Positions 1 through 8,967 of a DNA stretch of 64,000 bases are shown here, one piece after another. Made by a program: the position numbers and the translations under genes. The first letter of the stretch is position 1. Each line of letters starts with the position of its first letter. The notes below the pieces were generated by a model that was not told the DNA's origin, did no database searches, and worked only from the letters and a program-made list of their open reading frames with translations. The stretch is from Promethearchaeia archaeon (GTDB lineage: Archaea; Asgardarchaeota; Lokiarchaeia; Sigyniarchaeales; SOKP01): NCBI GenBank assembly GCA_029856125.1, contig JAHQWJ010000014.1:128001-192000 (forward strand). The letters are read 5' to 3'.

Positions 1-54
1 TTCCGAACAGAAAAGAAAACGCAATTTTTTAACTAATTATAATAACTTTTCACC

Positions 55-1104
55 ATGAAGAAATTAATTGATGCTGTAATATACACAGATATTCACGATG
101 AACTGGGCCCTAATCCTATTCATTGGTTTCCGCCGAATTTACCTGAATCTGTCAGAATGTTAGTAGGAATTAAAACTGTAACAATACTTACAGGTGATCA
201 AGGTTCTGTACCAGATTCGCTTTTAATAATTCCTTTTCCAGCTTTAAAATTGAAAGGATTAATTAAGTATATAGAAAGGGAAGACGAAAGTAAAAGAGGT
301 GGATTTGCAAGAAGCGCAATAACATTCTTGTTTAAAGAAACAGATGACGTCATTTTCTATAAATATATGAGCTACCTCAAATCTCCTTTCGATGAAACAA
401 CGAGAAGGATTATTGAATTAGAGAATAGAAATGTAGAACGTAAAAGGATTTTTGAAGAGATTACAATTTTACAGGATAGCGTCAGTAAGCTATTAGACGA
501 TTTTAGAACCAAAGAAATAACTTCACCAGCATCGAAAGAATTCCCTGAAAAACGAATCAAAGATGATAAAATTGTAGACTATAGGCTTAAACTCGTAGTT
601 GTTGGAGACCCTGGCGTAGGGAAGACATCGACAATTTTGCGATTTACTGATAATGCGTTCTTAAGAACTTACGTTCCGACCCTTGGCGTATCTATCACTG
701 AAAAACTATTTAATACTCAAAGTGGAATCATAGAAATGATTTTGTGGGACATTGCTGGACAAACAAAGTTTGAAACGATGAGAAGACATTTCTATCAAGG
801 CTCTGAGGCGATATTACTTATTTTTGATTTGACAAATCGAATGTCTTTTACGAGTATAAAAAATTGGTATCACGATGTTATGAATAATATGGAGAAACAC
901 CACCATCAAATGGTTGGATATATTTTTGGTAATAAAAGTGATCTAACAGAAGTACGAAAAGTTAAATTAGTTGAGGCATTAGCCTTAGCCAAGGAATTGA
1001 ATTTGAAATATATTGAAACATCTGCTAAAACTGGGAAAAATGTCGAATATGCTTTCTATGATATAGCAGAAACAGTTGTAAAATTACGTTTGAACAAACC
1101 TTAA
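55..1104 (+). CDS. Rab-like small GTPase fused to an N-terminal longin/uDENN-like domain
   Basis: C-terminal half has G1 GDPGVGKT, G2 YVPTLG, G3 WDIAGQ, G4 NKSD, G5 ETSAK. The ~170-aa N-terminus has a 'HDELGPNP' strand-turn motif like longin/uDENN domains. No C-terminal Cys prenylation motif. Confidence 0.88.
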   Translation: MKKLIDAVIYTDIHDELGPNPIHWFPPNLPESVRMLVGIKTVTILTGDQGSVPDSLLIIPFPALKLKGLIKYIEREDESKRGGFARSAITFLFKETDDVIFYKYMSYLKSPFDETTRRIIELENRNVERKRIFEEITILQDSVSKLLDDFRTKEITSPASKEFPEKRIKDDKIVDYRLKLVVVGDPGVGKTSTILRFTDNAFLRTYVPTLGVSITEKLFNTQSGIIEMILWDIAGQTKFETMRRHFYQGSEAILLIFDLTNRMSFTSIKNWYHDVMNNMEKHHHQMVGYIFGNKSDLTEVRKVKLVEALALAKELNLKYIETSAKTGKNVEYAFYDIAETVVKLRLNKP

Positions 1105-1115
1105 AGGTAATAAAT

Positions 1116-1691
1116 ATGGATATTGAAGAAGCAATATATAAAAGAAGAACTATAAGAAGGTTTAAGCTAGATCCAATTTCAAGAGATATTCTGAAAAAAT
1201 TAATTGATTACGCTCGAGTTGCTCCAATGGCCCGGAACGTTCAAGGTTTGGAGTTTGTTATTGTTGAAAGTAGTGAAATAAGAGAAAAATTATTTAAACT
1301 AATTAAATTTGCAGGTTCTTTACCTGAAGACCAGCGAACTCCAGAACCAGGAAGAGAACCTTCAGCGTACATAATAGTGCTTGTTAATACAGAAATTAAA
1401 CCGTCGTTTTTTGATTTTGATGTTGGAGCAGCGGTAGAAAATATATTATTAGGGGCAGTTAAATATGGGATAGGGAGTTGCTGGATGGCTAACATTAAAG
1501 CCCGAAAAATTAAATCGCTATTGGAAATTCCAGATCAATATCAAGTTAAACATGTAATCAGCTTAGGATATCCTGATGAAGAATCATTTATGGAACCGTA
1601 TGAAGATTCTTATAAATATTGGAAAAATCCCGATGGTACTATGCATGTACCAAAAAGAGACTTAGATGATATTATTTACAAAATCTTTTAA
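1116..1691 (+). CDS. Nitroreductase family protein
   Basis: RRTIRRF, APMARNVQ, GIGSCW and LGYP motifs. Confidence 0.9.
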   Translation: MDIEEAIYKRRTIRRFKLDPISRDILKKLIDYARVAPMARNVQGLEFVIVESSEIREKLFKLIKFAGSLPEDQRTPEPGREPSAYIIVLVNTEIKPSFFDFDVGAAVENILLGAVKYGIGSCWMANIKARKIKSLLEIPDQYQVKHVISLGYPDEESFMEPYEDSYKYWKNPDGTMHVPKRDLDDIIYKIF

Positions 1692-1734
1692 AAATTAAAT
1701 AAGAGCTTCCATATCCCGCAATTATTTTTAATTT
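1620..1734 (+). repeat. 115-bp direct repeat, copy 1 (3' end of nitroreductase gene plus downstream DNA)
   Basis: Matches 2976-3090 with 2 mismatches. Confidence 0.95.
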
Positions 1735-1842
1735 AATTTGATTGAAAATCAGCTGATATCTCTTCTTTTATAGATAATGAACCCTATTAGTATAATATAT
1801 GAAAAAGTGAAAATTAATATCTCTCATTATTTTAAAAGAGTA

Positions 1843-2667
1843 TTATGAATTAATTTTTATTATTAAACTTCTTTTTTGTATAATCTGATGTAAATAAAAA
1901 CCATAGAGAATTAAAACTATTCCTATAAAATAAAAGAGTAAGGGAAAATAAGGAGTGTAGAAAATGTAATAATAGGTATAATTAATCATACTCATTATTG
2001 AAAAAAATGTTATTAATAAGATAAATAAACCCATCCAAATTGAAAAAACAGCCTTATTTTTTCTCTCTTGTGTCGTGTGTGTTATTTTTATCGAATATTT
2101 ACTAAATATTAATAAAACAATTCCAATTAGAAAAGGTAATAAAAAAAAAGGAAATACATGGAGCATAGTTTCAGGTCTAAATGAAACTATTGTCATGATG
2201 ATTGAAAATCCATATGTTAGTGAAATAATTAACCCTATTATGAACAATACAATCCCTAATATTTTTTTTTCTTTTTTTTTTTTTTCCTCATCTTTTAACT
2301 TTATTTTATGAAAAAACAACCTAATTCCGAGATAGATTAATCCTATACCTAAAAGAATTTCGCTAATATTAACAATGGTTAAAGAATCTATAATTATCAC
2401 TGTAATAGATAATATTATGATTAATATTCCTATTAAAAATATAATAAGAGCAATCTTTTTTTTTACTCTAGCGTTAACGGACATAACTAGAATACCAAAT
2501 AAAATCAAAATAACGCCGTACAACATTAAAATGATAAAAAATATCAACATAAAATACAAAATAGTTTTTGATAATAAATCTATTAATCGAACTACTACAA
2601 AAATTAATAAGAAAACCCCTCCAAGCAGAAAACAAAATCCATATCTCCGTCTTTCTATTTTTTCCAT
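1843..2667 (-). CDS. Hypothetical 8-TM membrane protein made of four 2-TM repeats
   Basis: 274-aa hydrophobic ORF with recurring basic patch-TM-(L/I)GIxLI units; very AT-rich. Confidence 0.7.
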   Translation of the reverse strand: MEKIERRRYGFCFLLGGVFLLIFVVVRLIDLLSKTILYFMLIFFIILMLYGVILILFGILVMSVNARVKKKIALIIFLIGILIIILSITVIIIDSLTIVNISEILLGIGLIYLGIRLFFHKIKLKDEEKKKKEKKILGIVLFIIGLIISLTYGFSIIMTIVSFRPETMLHVFPFFLLPFLIGIVLLIFSKYSIKITHTTQERKNKAVFSIWMGLFILLITFFSIMSMINYTYYYIFYTPYFPLLFYFIGIVLILYGFYLHQIIQKRSLIIKINS

Positions 2668-2744
2668 CTAATTAACCTGTAAGATTTTCTTAAAAAAAAA
2701 AAGGTAATAAAATGTTTTAATGTTTTTGATTAGTTGTTATATTC

Positions 2745-2975
2745 TTATTTTACGATATAATTATGCCCTTCAATAATAAATGTAAATCCTGAAAAAACCT
2801 GATTAGGAGGCGACATAAATTCTATATCAATGAACTCAGAGGTACCGTTGTTGTGAATGGCTCCCAGTACGTCAACCCGGTTATCATCACTAAACTTTAA
2901 CTCGGGTAACACATTTCCTAGAGAAGAGTGAAACGCTGATTTAAGAGCTAAGGGTACTAATAATCCATTGGAGAG
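2745..2975 (-). pseudogene. 5'-truncated gene fragment (C-terminal ~76 aa) cut at the repeat junction
   Basis: Open frame LSNGLLVP...GHNYIVK*. The only ATG lies inside the antisense strand of repeat copy 2. Confidence 0.5.
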
Positions 2976-3090
2976 TGGAAAAATCCCGATGGTACTATGC
3001 ATGTACCAAAAAGAGACTTAGATGATATTATTTACAAAATCTTTTAAAAATTAAATTAGAGCTTCCATATCCCGCAATTATTTGTAATTT
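2976..3090 (+). repeat. 115-bp direct repeat, copy 2
   Basis: Matches 1620-1734 (WKNPDGTMHVPKRDLDDIIYKIF* plus 43 bp). Confidence 0.95.
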
Positions 3091-3133
3091 TTATAAATCT
3101 CTAATCTTTTCCTTTTCTTTAAATTTTTTATTG

Positions 3134-3199
3134 GCGTATGCAAAAACATAAATTGGAAAGTCTTATTTTAAAGGTGGAATAAAAGAGAGAAATAATAAT
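3134..3199 (+). repeat. Imperfect ~66-bp direct repeat, copy A (downstream of LRR gene)
   Basis: Core 3153-3199 is 41/47 identical to 4035-4081. Confidence 0.8.
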
Positions 3200-3206
3200 T
3201 TAGAAA

Positions 3207-3892
3207 TTAGTTCTTCTTGTTTTTTCGACAATAAGCAACGCATTTCTTAACATTTAAAGGGTGTTCATCAGTACCATAAATAGCGTTCTCGTCTATAACC
3301 TGCTCGAGGATCTCAGATGGATACTCTCTTCCTCGAATTCAAGTATCTCAAGCTTACCTAAATGCTCTAAGCCCTTTAACTCGGTGATTTGATTATTTAA
3401 TAAATCAAGTTCCCTCAGCTCCCCAAGATTATCTAATCCCGTAATCTCTTTTATTTCATTGGATTGTAGATCGAGATAGCGCAATTTTTTAAGATTCTCC
3501 AACCCTTTAATCTCTGAAATTTTGTTTTCAGACAAATCTAAGCAAGTAAGATTAGTTAGGTTTTCTAATCCTTTAATTTCGGTGATTTGATTGCGTTTGA
3601 GATCTAAATCGTAAAGGTTAACTAATTTCTCTAATCCTTTAATTTCAATGATTTGATTGTAGGATAACCTTAATACTTTCAGATTTGATAAGCTTTCAAG
3701 CCCATTGATTTCTGTTATTTCGTTAATCGATAAATCTAAAACTTCCAAGTTGTTCAAGCGTTCAAGATCCTCAATATCGCCAATATCTCTTATATCTCTA
3801 CTGCCTAAATCTAAAAGTCCCTTGGAATCTTTATAATATTCGACATAACAACGTTCTTTTCCAATTACAACGAAATCTTTGCGTTCTTGCAT
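3207..3892 (-). pseudogene. SDS22-type leucine-rich repeat protein, frameshifted near its C-terminus (uninterrupted ORF 3293-3892)
   Basis: 22-aa repeats LxxLxxLDLxxNxIxEIxGL. Removing 2 bp at the GAGAG run (~3324-3329) continues the frame to YPSEILEQVIDENAIYGTDEHPLNVKKCVAYCRKNKKN* (stop 3207-3209). Confidence 0.75.
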
Positions 3893-4015
3893 AGTTTATT
3901 CACCTACCGCTTAATTGGTTAATTATGTAATCGAAACAATCCTATTTAAATACAGAGCATCCACCGGATTATCATTGAATTACAATAAAATTTGGAAAAT
4001 TAAAAAAAAATTGAT

Positions 4016-4081
4016 GCATATCCCAAAATGTAAGTTGGAAGATATCATTTTAAGGGTGGTATAAAAGAGAGAAATAATAAT
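4016..4081 (+). repeat. Imperfect ~66-bp direct repeat, copy B (upstream of LRR gene)
   Basis: Aligns to 3134-3199 at a constant offset of 882 bp. Confidence 0.8.
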
Positions 4082-4158
4082 GAAATTTGCCCTCCTCTTA
4101 CTCTCTCTTAATTAAATTACTTGAATAACAACTGTTTAAAGCGTTAAATACCCCACCC

Positions 4159-4182
4159 ATAGATTTTTGTCATAAAATCTAT
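4159..4182. promoter_or_regulatory. Perfect 9-bp inverted repeat, possible operator
   Basis: ATAGATTTT-tgtcat-AAAATCTAT in the intergenic region upstream of a wHTH-like gene. Confidence 0.35.
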
Positions 4183-4453
4183 TAAAATAGATATTGTTTA
4201 TGAAAATATAAGCTTTGTTCCCCAGAATTGAGGAAAATTTTTCGGTGGGTTCCTAGATGTCCTCAATCACGGAGAAAAATTTAGTCATTCTCTAAATTTA
4301 CGGCTTGGTTCTCATTTTTTATCAAAAATTCTGCTAAAAGAGTCGGAATTGTTAATCATTTTAACATTAAATTTATATTCAATTAAGGTCATTTAATATT
4401 TACGCTAAGTAATTTTATATGAATAAATATTTACAATTTGTTGCAAGATAAAT

Positions 4454-4975
4454 ATGTCAAATCAAAAAAACGAAAAAAAAATGGTAACCTTGGTTAGTCC
4501 ACTGTCAATGAGAGAGTTTGAGGCTTTATTGATAATTTTAAAGAACGATGGGGAGGAGTTAGCAGTTTTAAAAGCAGCAATCGATGTAAAATTTAAACTT
4601 GGAAGTAGAACTAAAGGGTACGATTATATAAGAAATCTGCGTAATAAAAATTTTATCGAAACTCTAGAAAAAAAAATTTATGTGAAAGAGAATATAAGGA
4701 GTGAATACGAGAGATTAATCTTACCCACAGTGAAAAATCTAAATGAATCGATAAAAAAACTTTCAAAGGATTACATGAACGAGATCAAAGAAGAAGAAAT
4801 ACTTATGGAGAAATTTAGAACCTATACAGAAACCCTTCTTCAGGGTATCAATCATGTGTTGGAGGATACACCGACAAAAAATATAAATAAAACAAAACTT
4901 CAAGGAAAAATAAAAGATACGATCTGGCGCTACTTTCGCGCAAAAATGTTAGAAATCGAGATGTTTTCAAAATAA
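4454..4975 (+). CDS. Putative winged-helix DNA-binding protein with helical C-terminus
   Basis: LSMREFEALLII...SRTKGYDYIRNLRNKNFIE resembles an HTH plus wing. Confidence 0.55.
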   Translation: MSNQKNEKKMVTLVSPLSMREFEALLIILKNDGEELAVLKAAIDVKFKLGSRTKGYDYIRNLRNKNFIETLEKKIYVKENIRSEYERLILPTVKNLNESIKKLSKDYMNEIKEEEILMEKFRTYTETLLQGINHVLEDTPTKNINKTKLQGKIKDTIWRYFRAKMLEIEMFSK

Positions 4976-4988
4976 AGACGCTATAAGT

Positions 4989-5789
4989 TTGATAGGAAAT
5001 AAATATGGAAGGTATGGAATAAAGTCAAAACTTTTAAAAATTCATACACTTTTGAGTAACAATACGTTGCTATTTCAAAATGAACTTACTATAAGATTAA
5101 TTATTGTTTCGATTTTTCAAATATGGCCTATTTTTTACTGTTCTTATTTCGCTTATAGATTACTAAAAAGAGCAAAAAATCGTTCGACTTATATTTTGAG
5201 TGCTTATTTCGCAACAACCGCTCTCACTTATTTCCTTGCAACTATTTCAACATATTTATCAAATACGCCCATATCTTACCCTGTTTATGTGATTTCAATT
5301 TACTTCTTTGTTTTTAGTTTTAGTTTTTTAATTAATTTCAGCTGGTTACTTACTAATCTTGATGTAAAATCGCGCAATACTACTTTTTACTTAAGACTAT
5401 CTATTTATGGCATCTTATCATCATACATTATTATTATAGGTGTTTTGTTTAATGGTATAACATTAAATGAAAGCACTGGTTGGATACCTGTTTACAGTTG
5501 GTTCCTTCTTGGGTTTAGTTGGATTTATTTCTTGCTTTTTTTAATTATTCCTCAAATATATTTATCTTTAAAAATTCTGAAAGTATATGAGGGTATTGTT
5601 CTAAAGAGAAGATTAAATAGGTTTATAATCAGCGTGTTTTTAGGGTTGTTAGTGCTTGTTTTTTTATTCCTGTATAACACATGGACTGAAAATGAACTTT
5701 TCAGAACATTTTATATTTTTATAATACCAGAATTAGCAACAATTGCTGCTTATTTAATATTCAAAGGATTTGGGAAGAATTTAGAGTAA
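4989..5789 (+). CDS. 7-TM membrane protein (putative sensor); true start may be ~20 codons downstream
   Basis: Seven hydrophobic segments and a GWIPVYS loop; 13 bp after the wHTH gene. Confidence 0.65.
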   Translation: MIGNKYGRYGIKSKLLKIHTLLSNNTLLFQNELTIRLIIVSIFQIWPIFYCSYFAYRLLKRAKNRSTYILSAYFATTALTYFLATISTYLSNTPISYPVYVISIYFFVFSFSFLINFSWLLTNLDVKSRNTTFYLRLSIYGILSSYIIIIGVLFNGITLNESTGWIPVYSWFLLGFSWIYFLLFLIIPQIYLSLKILKVYEGIVLKRRLNRFIISVFLGLLVLVFLFLYNTWTENELFRTFYIFIIPELATIAAYLIFKGFGKNLE

Positions 5790-5818
5790 CTAAACACTAA
5801 ATACGATTTTTATATATC

Positions 5819-6550
5819 CTAACTTTTATAGGAATTGTACAGATGTTTTAATGCGATTTCTGTTGATTCTTTAGCTTCATCAATACTGACCATCCCTATT
5901 GTAGTGCAACAGATATTATGCCTAGAAATATACTCATAAGCTTTATAAGGATTCAATTTACCGGCTGCTAGTGTTTTCATTCCTATAAAGTGATGATTTT
6001 TATGGCTATCTACTATCTTCTCTAGCTCTATTTGATTCCCCATTAAATAACCCCGAGCGTTGAAGGGAATTAAAAATGTTTTTACAGAAGGAATATTTTC
6101 GAACGCGTATTCCAAGGTAGAAACGGGATTATGAGCCGCAATTCCAGGTATAATTCCCATTGACTCAATCTCATCAATAAGTTTTTCTAGTTTCTCATCC
6201 ACTTTATCCGCGACCATTCCGTGGGCAAAAATGATTTTTGCTCCAAGTTCAGCTAATTCCTTAATGAGAGGATCAGGTCCCGGAAAAGTAGAGCCCGTAA
6301 TGACAAATTCGTTATGAGTTTCAGCCATTATTTTAGCTGCTTCGGTGACCTTTCCTGCTAGGATTATTTCGATTCCACGACCCCCTACTTCATAAGACGC
6401 TTCCAATATCTCTAGCACAGCGTCCGTATTATTCAAAAATTTTCTTCGATATACTCGCGCATTCTTTCCAAATTGTGAGGCACCTAAGAATGGCGAGGTT
6501 CCTACCGACACAAGTGGAATTTCTTGACCTTCGATTTTATAAAATATGAT
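5819..6550 (-). CDS. Aldo/keto-reductase-like TIM-barrel protein, probable ATC/ATA start
   Basis: VGTSPFLGASQF, PGIAAH and FIGMKTLAAG motifs. The frame extends 13 codons above the GTG at 6511 to an ATC placed 5 nt after AGGTG. Confidence 0.65.
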   Translation of the reverse strand: MIFYKIEGQEIPLVSVGTSPFLGASQFGKNARVYRRKFLNNTDAVLEILEASYEVGGRGIEIILAGKVTEAAKIMAETHNEFVITGSTFPGPDPLIKELAELGAKIIFAHGMVADKVDEKLEKLIDEIESMGIIPGIAAHNPVSTLEYAFENIPSVKTFLIPFNARGYLMGNQIELEKIVDSHKNHHFIGMKTLAAGKLNPYKAYEYISRHNICCTTIGMVSIDEAKESTEIALKHLYNSYKS

Positions 6551-6683
6551 GTCTACACCTTTTTACTTTAGTTTTTAAAACAAAATTCGTCAAATAATAA
6601 AACTTTTATGAGATTTAATTAATAATTTCAGATAACTACTAACTATAAAATATAATTATAAAAATGATTCAATTTGATGAGAA

Positions 6684-8507
6684 ATGACAGACCCTAAAGC
6701 TATAGAAAACAATCCTTTTAAAGAGTTAGGTGAAATACCAGAAAAAAAATATGCTGATGGCTACACAGTTGATTCAACATATATTACAGTAAGAGATGGC
6801 GTTAAAATTGCTGTCACACTATGTTTCCCAAAAGGTCTCGCTTCAGATACTAAAATTCCGACTGTGTTAACGCAAACGAGATATTGGAGAGCAATGGAAT
6901 TACGAATTCCTTTTAGATGGATCCTTGATAGTATGGTACCAAATGCTCCAAATCCAGAGGTAGTTACTAGTAGAGGCTATGCCCTTATTTATACTGATGT
7001 CAGAGGAACTGGAGCATCAGACGGTACTCGAATAGTTCCATTTTCTGAAGAAGAGATCAAGGACGGTTCAGATGTAGTCGATTGGATAATATCTCAGCCT
7101 TGGTCAGATGGAAATGTTGTATCTAAAGGTATTTCTTATACGGGAATTACTGCACAGTTATTTCCTAAGAATAATCACCGTGCAATAAAAGCGGTTATAC
7201 CGGGTCATGCTTGCTGGGATCCTTATACAGAAATTGCATTTCCAGGTGGATGTTTTGAGTACGCATTTATGCAATTGTGGTCATTTTTAGGTAAGAATTT
7301 AGATTTAAATAATCCCAAAGTCTTTAGACAGATAAGACCCGAAGCTTGGCTGCTTGTGAAAGGCGTAGAACGAGTAAAAAGCGACAAAGACCTAAAATTA
7401 TTACAAATTGCTATAAATCAGCATAAATCAAATCAATATGTTTACGATCATACACTAAGTAGAGATTTTCGCGACGATAAGCTTCCCGATGGTACTGTTT
7501 TTGATGATATTAGCATATTTGCTCGGAAAGAAAAAATTGAAAAGTCAAACGTTCCAATTTTGGCCTGGTGTTCGTGGTTAGATTCTGGTTTCGGTGATGC
7601 TATTATTAAGCGATTCATGAATTTATCTAACCCCCAAATTGCTATTTTGGGCGATTGGAGTCACGGAGCAGTCTATCCTGCAAACCAATTTTTTCCAGAA
7701 CGGACTTTTGTAACTCCGACCCCTAAAGATAAGGTTAACGCTTGGATTAATTTCTTTGATAAATGCGTATATGGCGATGGAATACAAGGAAAAAAAATAT
7801 ATTATTATACCCTAGCGGAAGAAAAATGGAAGAAGTCCGAAGTATGGCCCCCCAAAGGGCACTTTTATCAAAAATGGTACTTTTCGGAAAATAATTCACT
7901 CATAAAAGAAGAACCTAAGGAAAATATTGGATCTGACGATTATAAAGTAAATTTCCGAGCTACAACTGGGCGGAATAATAGGTGGTGGGCGCTTTTAGGT
8001 TTACCTATAACGTACTACAACAGAAATAAAATCGATGAGAAATTGTTATGTTATACAAGCCAACCATTCGAATCTGATACAGAAATCACAGGACAAATAA
8101 TTGCATGTCTTTATTTATCCTCCACCCACGATGATGGTGCCATTTTCGCTTATTTTGAGGATGTTGATGAAAGTGGGAAGGTTACATATATAACTGATGG
8201 AGAATTCCGACCACTTCATAGAAAAATTCTAACAGACGAGCCACCGTATAAAATATTGACTCCATACCATAGCTATAAAGAAGAAGATTCTACACCTCTT
8301 ATTCCGGGAGAGATAATGGAGCTTAAGTTTGGGTTACATGTAACATCAGTTCTTATTAAAAAGGGACACAGAATTAAAATTGCCATTGCGGGAGCAGATA
8401 AGGATACATTTATACGTTATCCTAATGAGGGAAGACCAACAATTACTATATTTCGAAATAAGGAGTTTCCGTCTTATATTGAACTGCCAATTATAAAGAA
8501 GGAGTAA
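6684..8507 (+). CDS. CocE/NonD family serine hydrolase
   Basis: VRDGVKIA, TRYWR, DVRGTGASDG, nucleophile GISYTG, GDWSH, C-terminal GHRIKIAI domain. Confidence 0.93.
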   Translation: MTDPKAIENNPFKELGEIPEKKYADGYTVDSTYITVRDGVKIAVTLCFPKGLASDTKIPTVLTQTRYWRAMELRIPFRWILDSMVPNAPNPEVVTSRGYALIYTDVRGTGASDGTRIVPFSEEEIKDGSDVVDWIISQPWSDGNVVSKGISYTGITAQLFPKNNHRAIKAVIPGHACWDPYTEIAFPGGCFEYAFMQLWSFLGKNLDLNNPKVFRQIRPEAWLLVKGVERVKSDKDLKLLQIAINQHKSNQYVYDHTLSRDFRDDKLPDGTVFDDISIFARKEKIEKSNVPILAWCSWLDSGFGDAIIKRFMNLSNPQIAILGDWSHGAVYPANQFFPERTFVTPTPKDKVNAWINFFDKCVYGDGIQGKKIYYYTLAEEKWKKSEVWPPKGHFYQKWYFSENNSLIKEEPKENIGSDDYKVNFRATTGRNNRWWALLGLPITYYNRNKIDEKLLCYTSQPFESDTEITGQIIACLYLSSTHDDGAIFAYFEDVDESGKVTYITDGEFRPLHRKILTDEPPYKILTPYHSYKEEDSTPLIPGEIMELKFGLHVTSVLIKKGHRIKIAIAGADKDTFIRYPNEGRPTITIFRNKEFPSYIELPIIKKE

Positions 8508-8523
8508 TTAACTCGTTAAATAG

Positions 8524-8895
8524 GTGATAAAAAAAATGGAAGAAATTTTACCACGGTTAAAAGGCATGTTAAAAGATGCGACTGTTATATCGTCTGATGC
8601 AACTAAATTCGAAATAACTATCACAATAGTTAAAAAAATTAACGGTAATGTGGCAGAGCCTGATGAAGTCATCGTAATGTTAAAAATGTACGGTGGATTA
8701 AGGGAAGATATCCCTATGGAAATAGATATCGATAACGATGCTCAGAATATTACGTTAAAACTCCAGAACGAAGAGGATTTCATAAAAGTTGCAAAAATAA
8801 TGGAAACATTATGGGATAACGCTGTAGATATGCTTACTTCAGCCTTGGAAGGCGATATAAGTCGTATTAAGGATATTCCGGAAATAGATGATTAA
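8524..8895 (+). CDS. Hypothetical acidic protein (likely start ATG 8536)
   Basis: 123-aa ORF; AGGTGA SD before the ATG at 8536. Confidence 0.7.
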   Translation: MIKKMEEILPRLKGMLKDATVISSDATKFEITITIVKKINGNVAEPDEVIVMLKMYGGLREDIPMEIDIDNDAQNITLKLQNEEDFIKVAKIMETLWDNAVDMLTSALEGDISRIKDIPEIDD

Positions 8896-8967
8896 ATAAT
8901 TTAAAAATATTTATTTTTATTCTTATTTTTCTTGTTCGAAAAGGTGATCTAATTAGCGGTATCTTTT

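Noticed and set aside
2976-3002. ATG start (MHSTIGIFP) of the 85-aa ORF 2745-3002
   Set aside because: Lies in the antisense strand of the duplicated nitroreductase end, so it is a junction artefact
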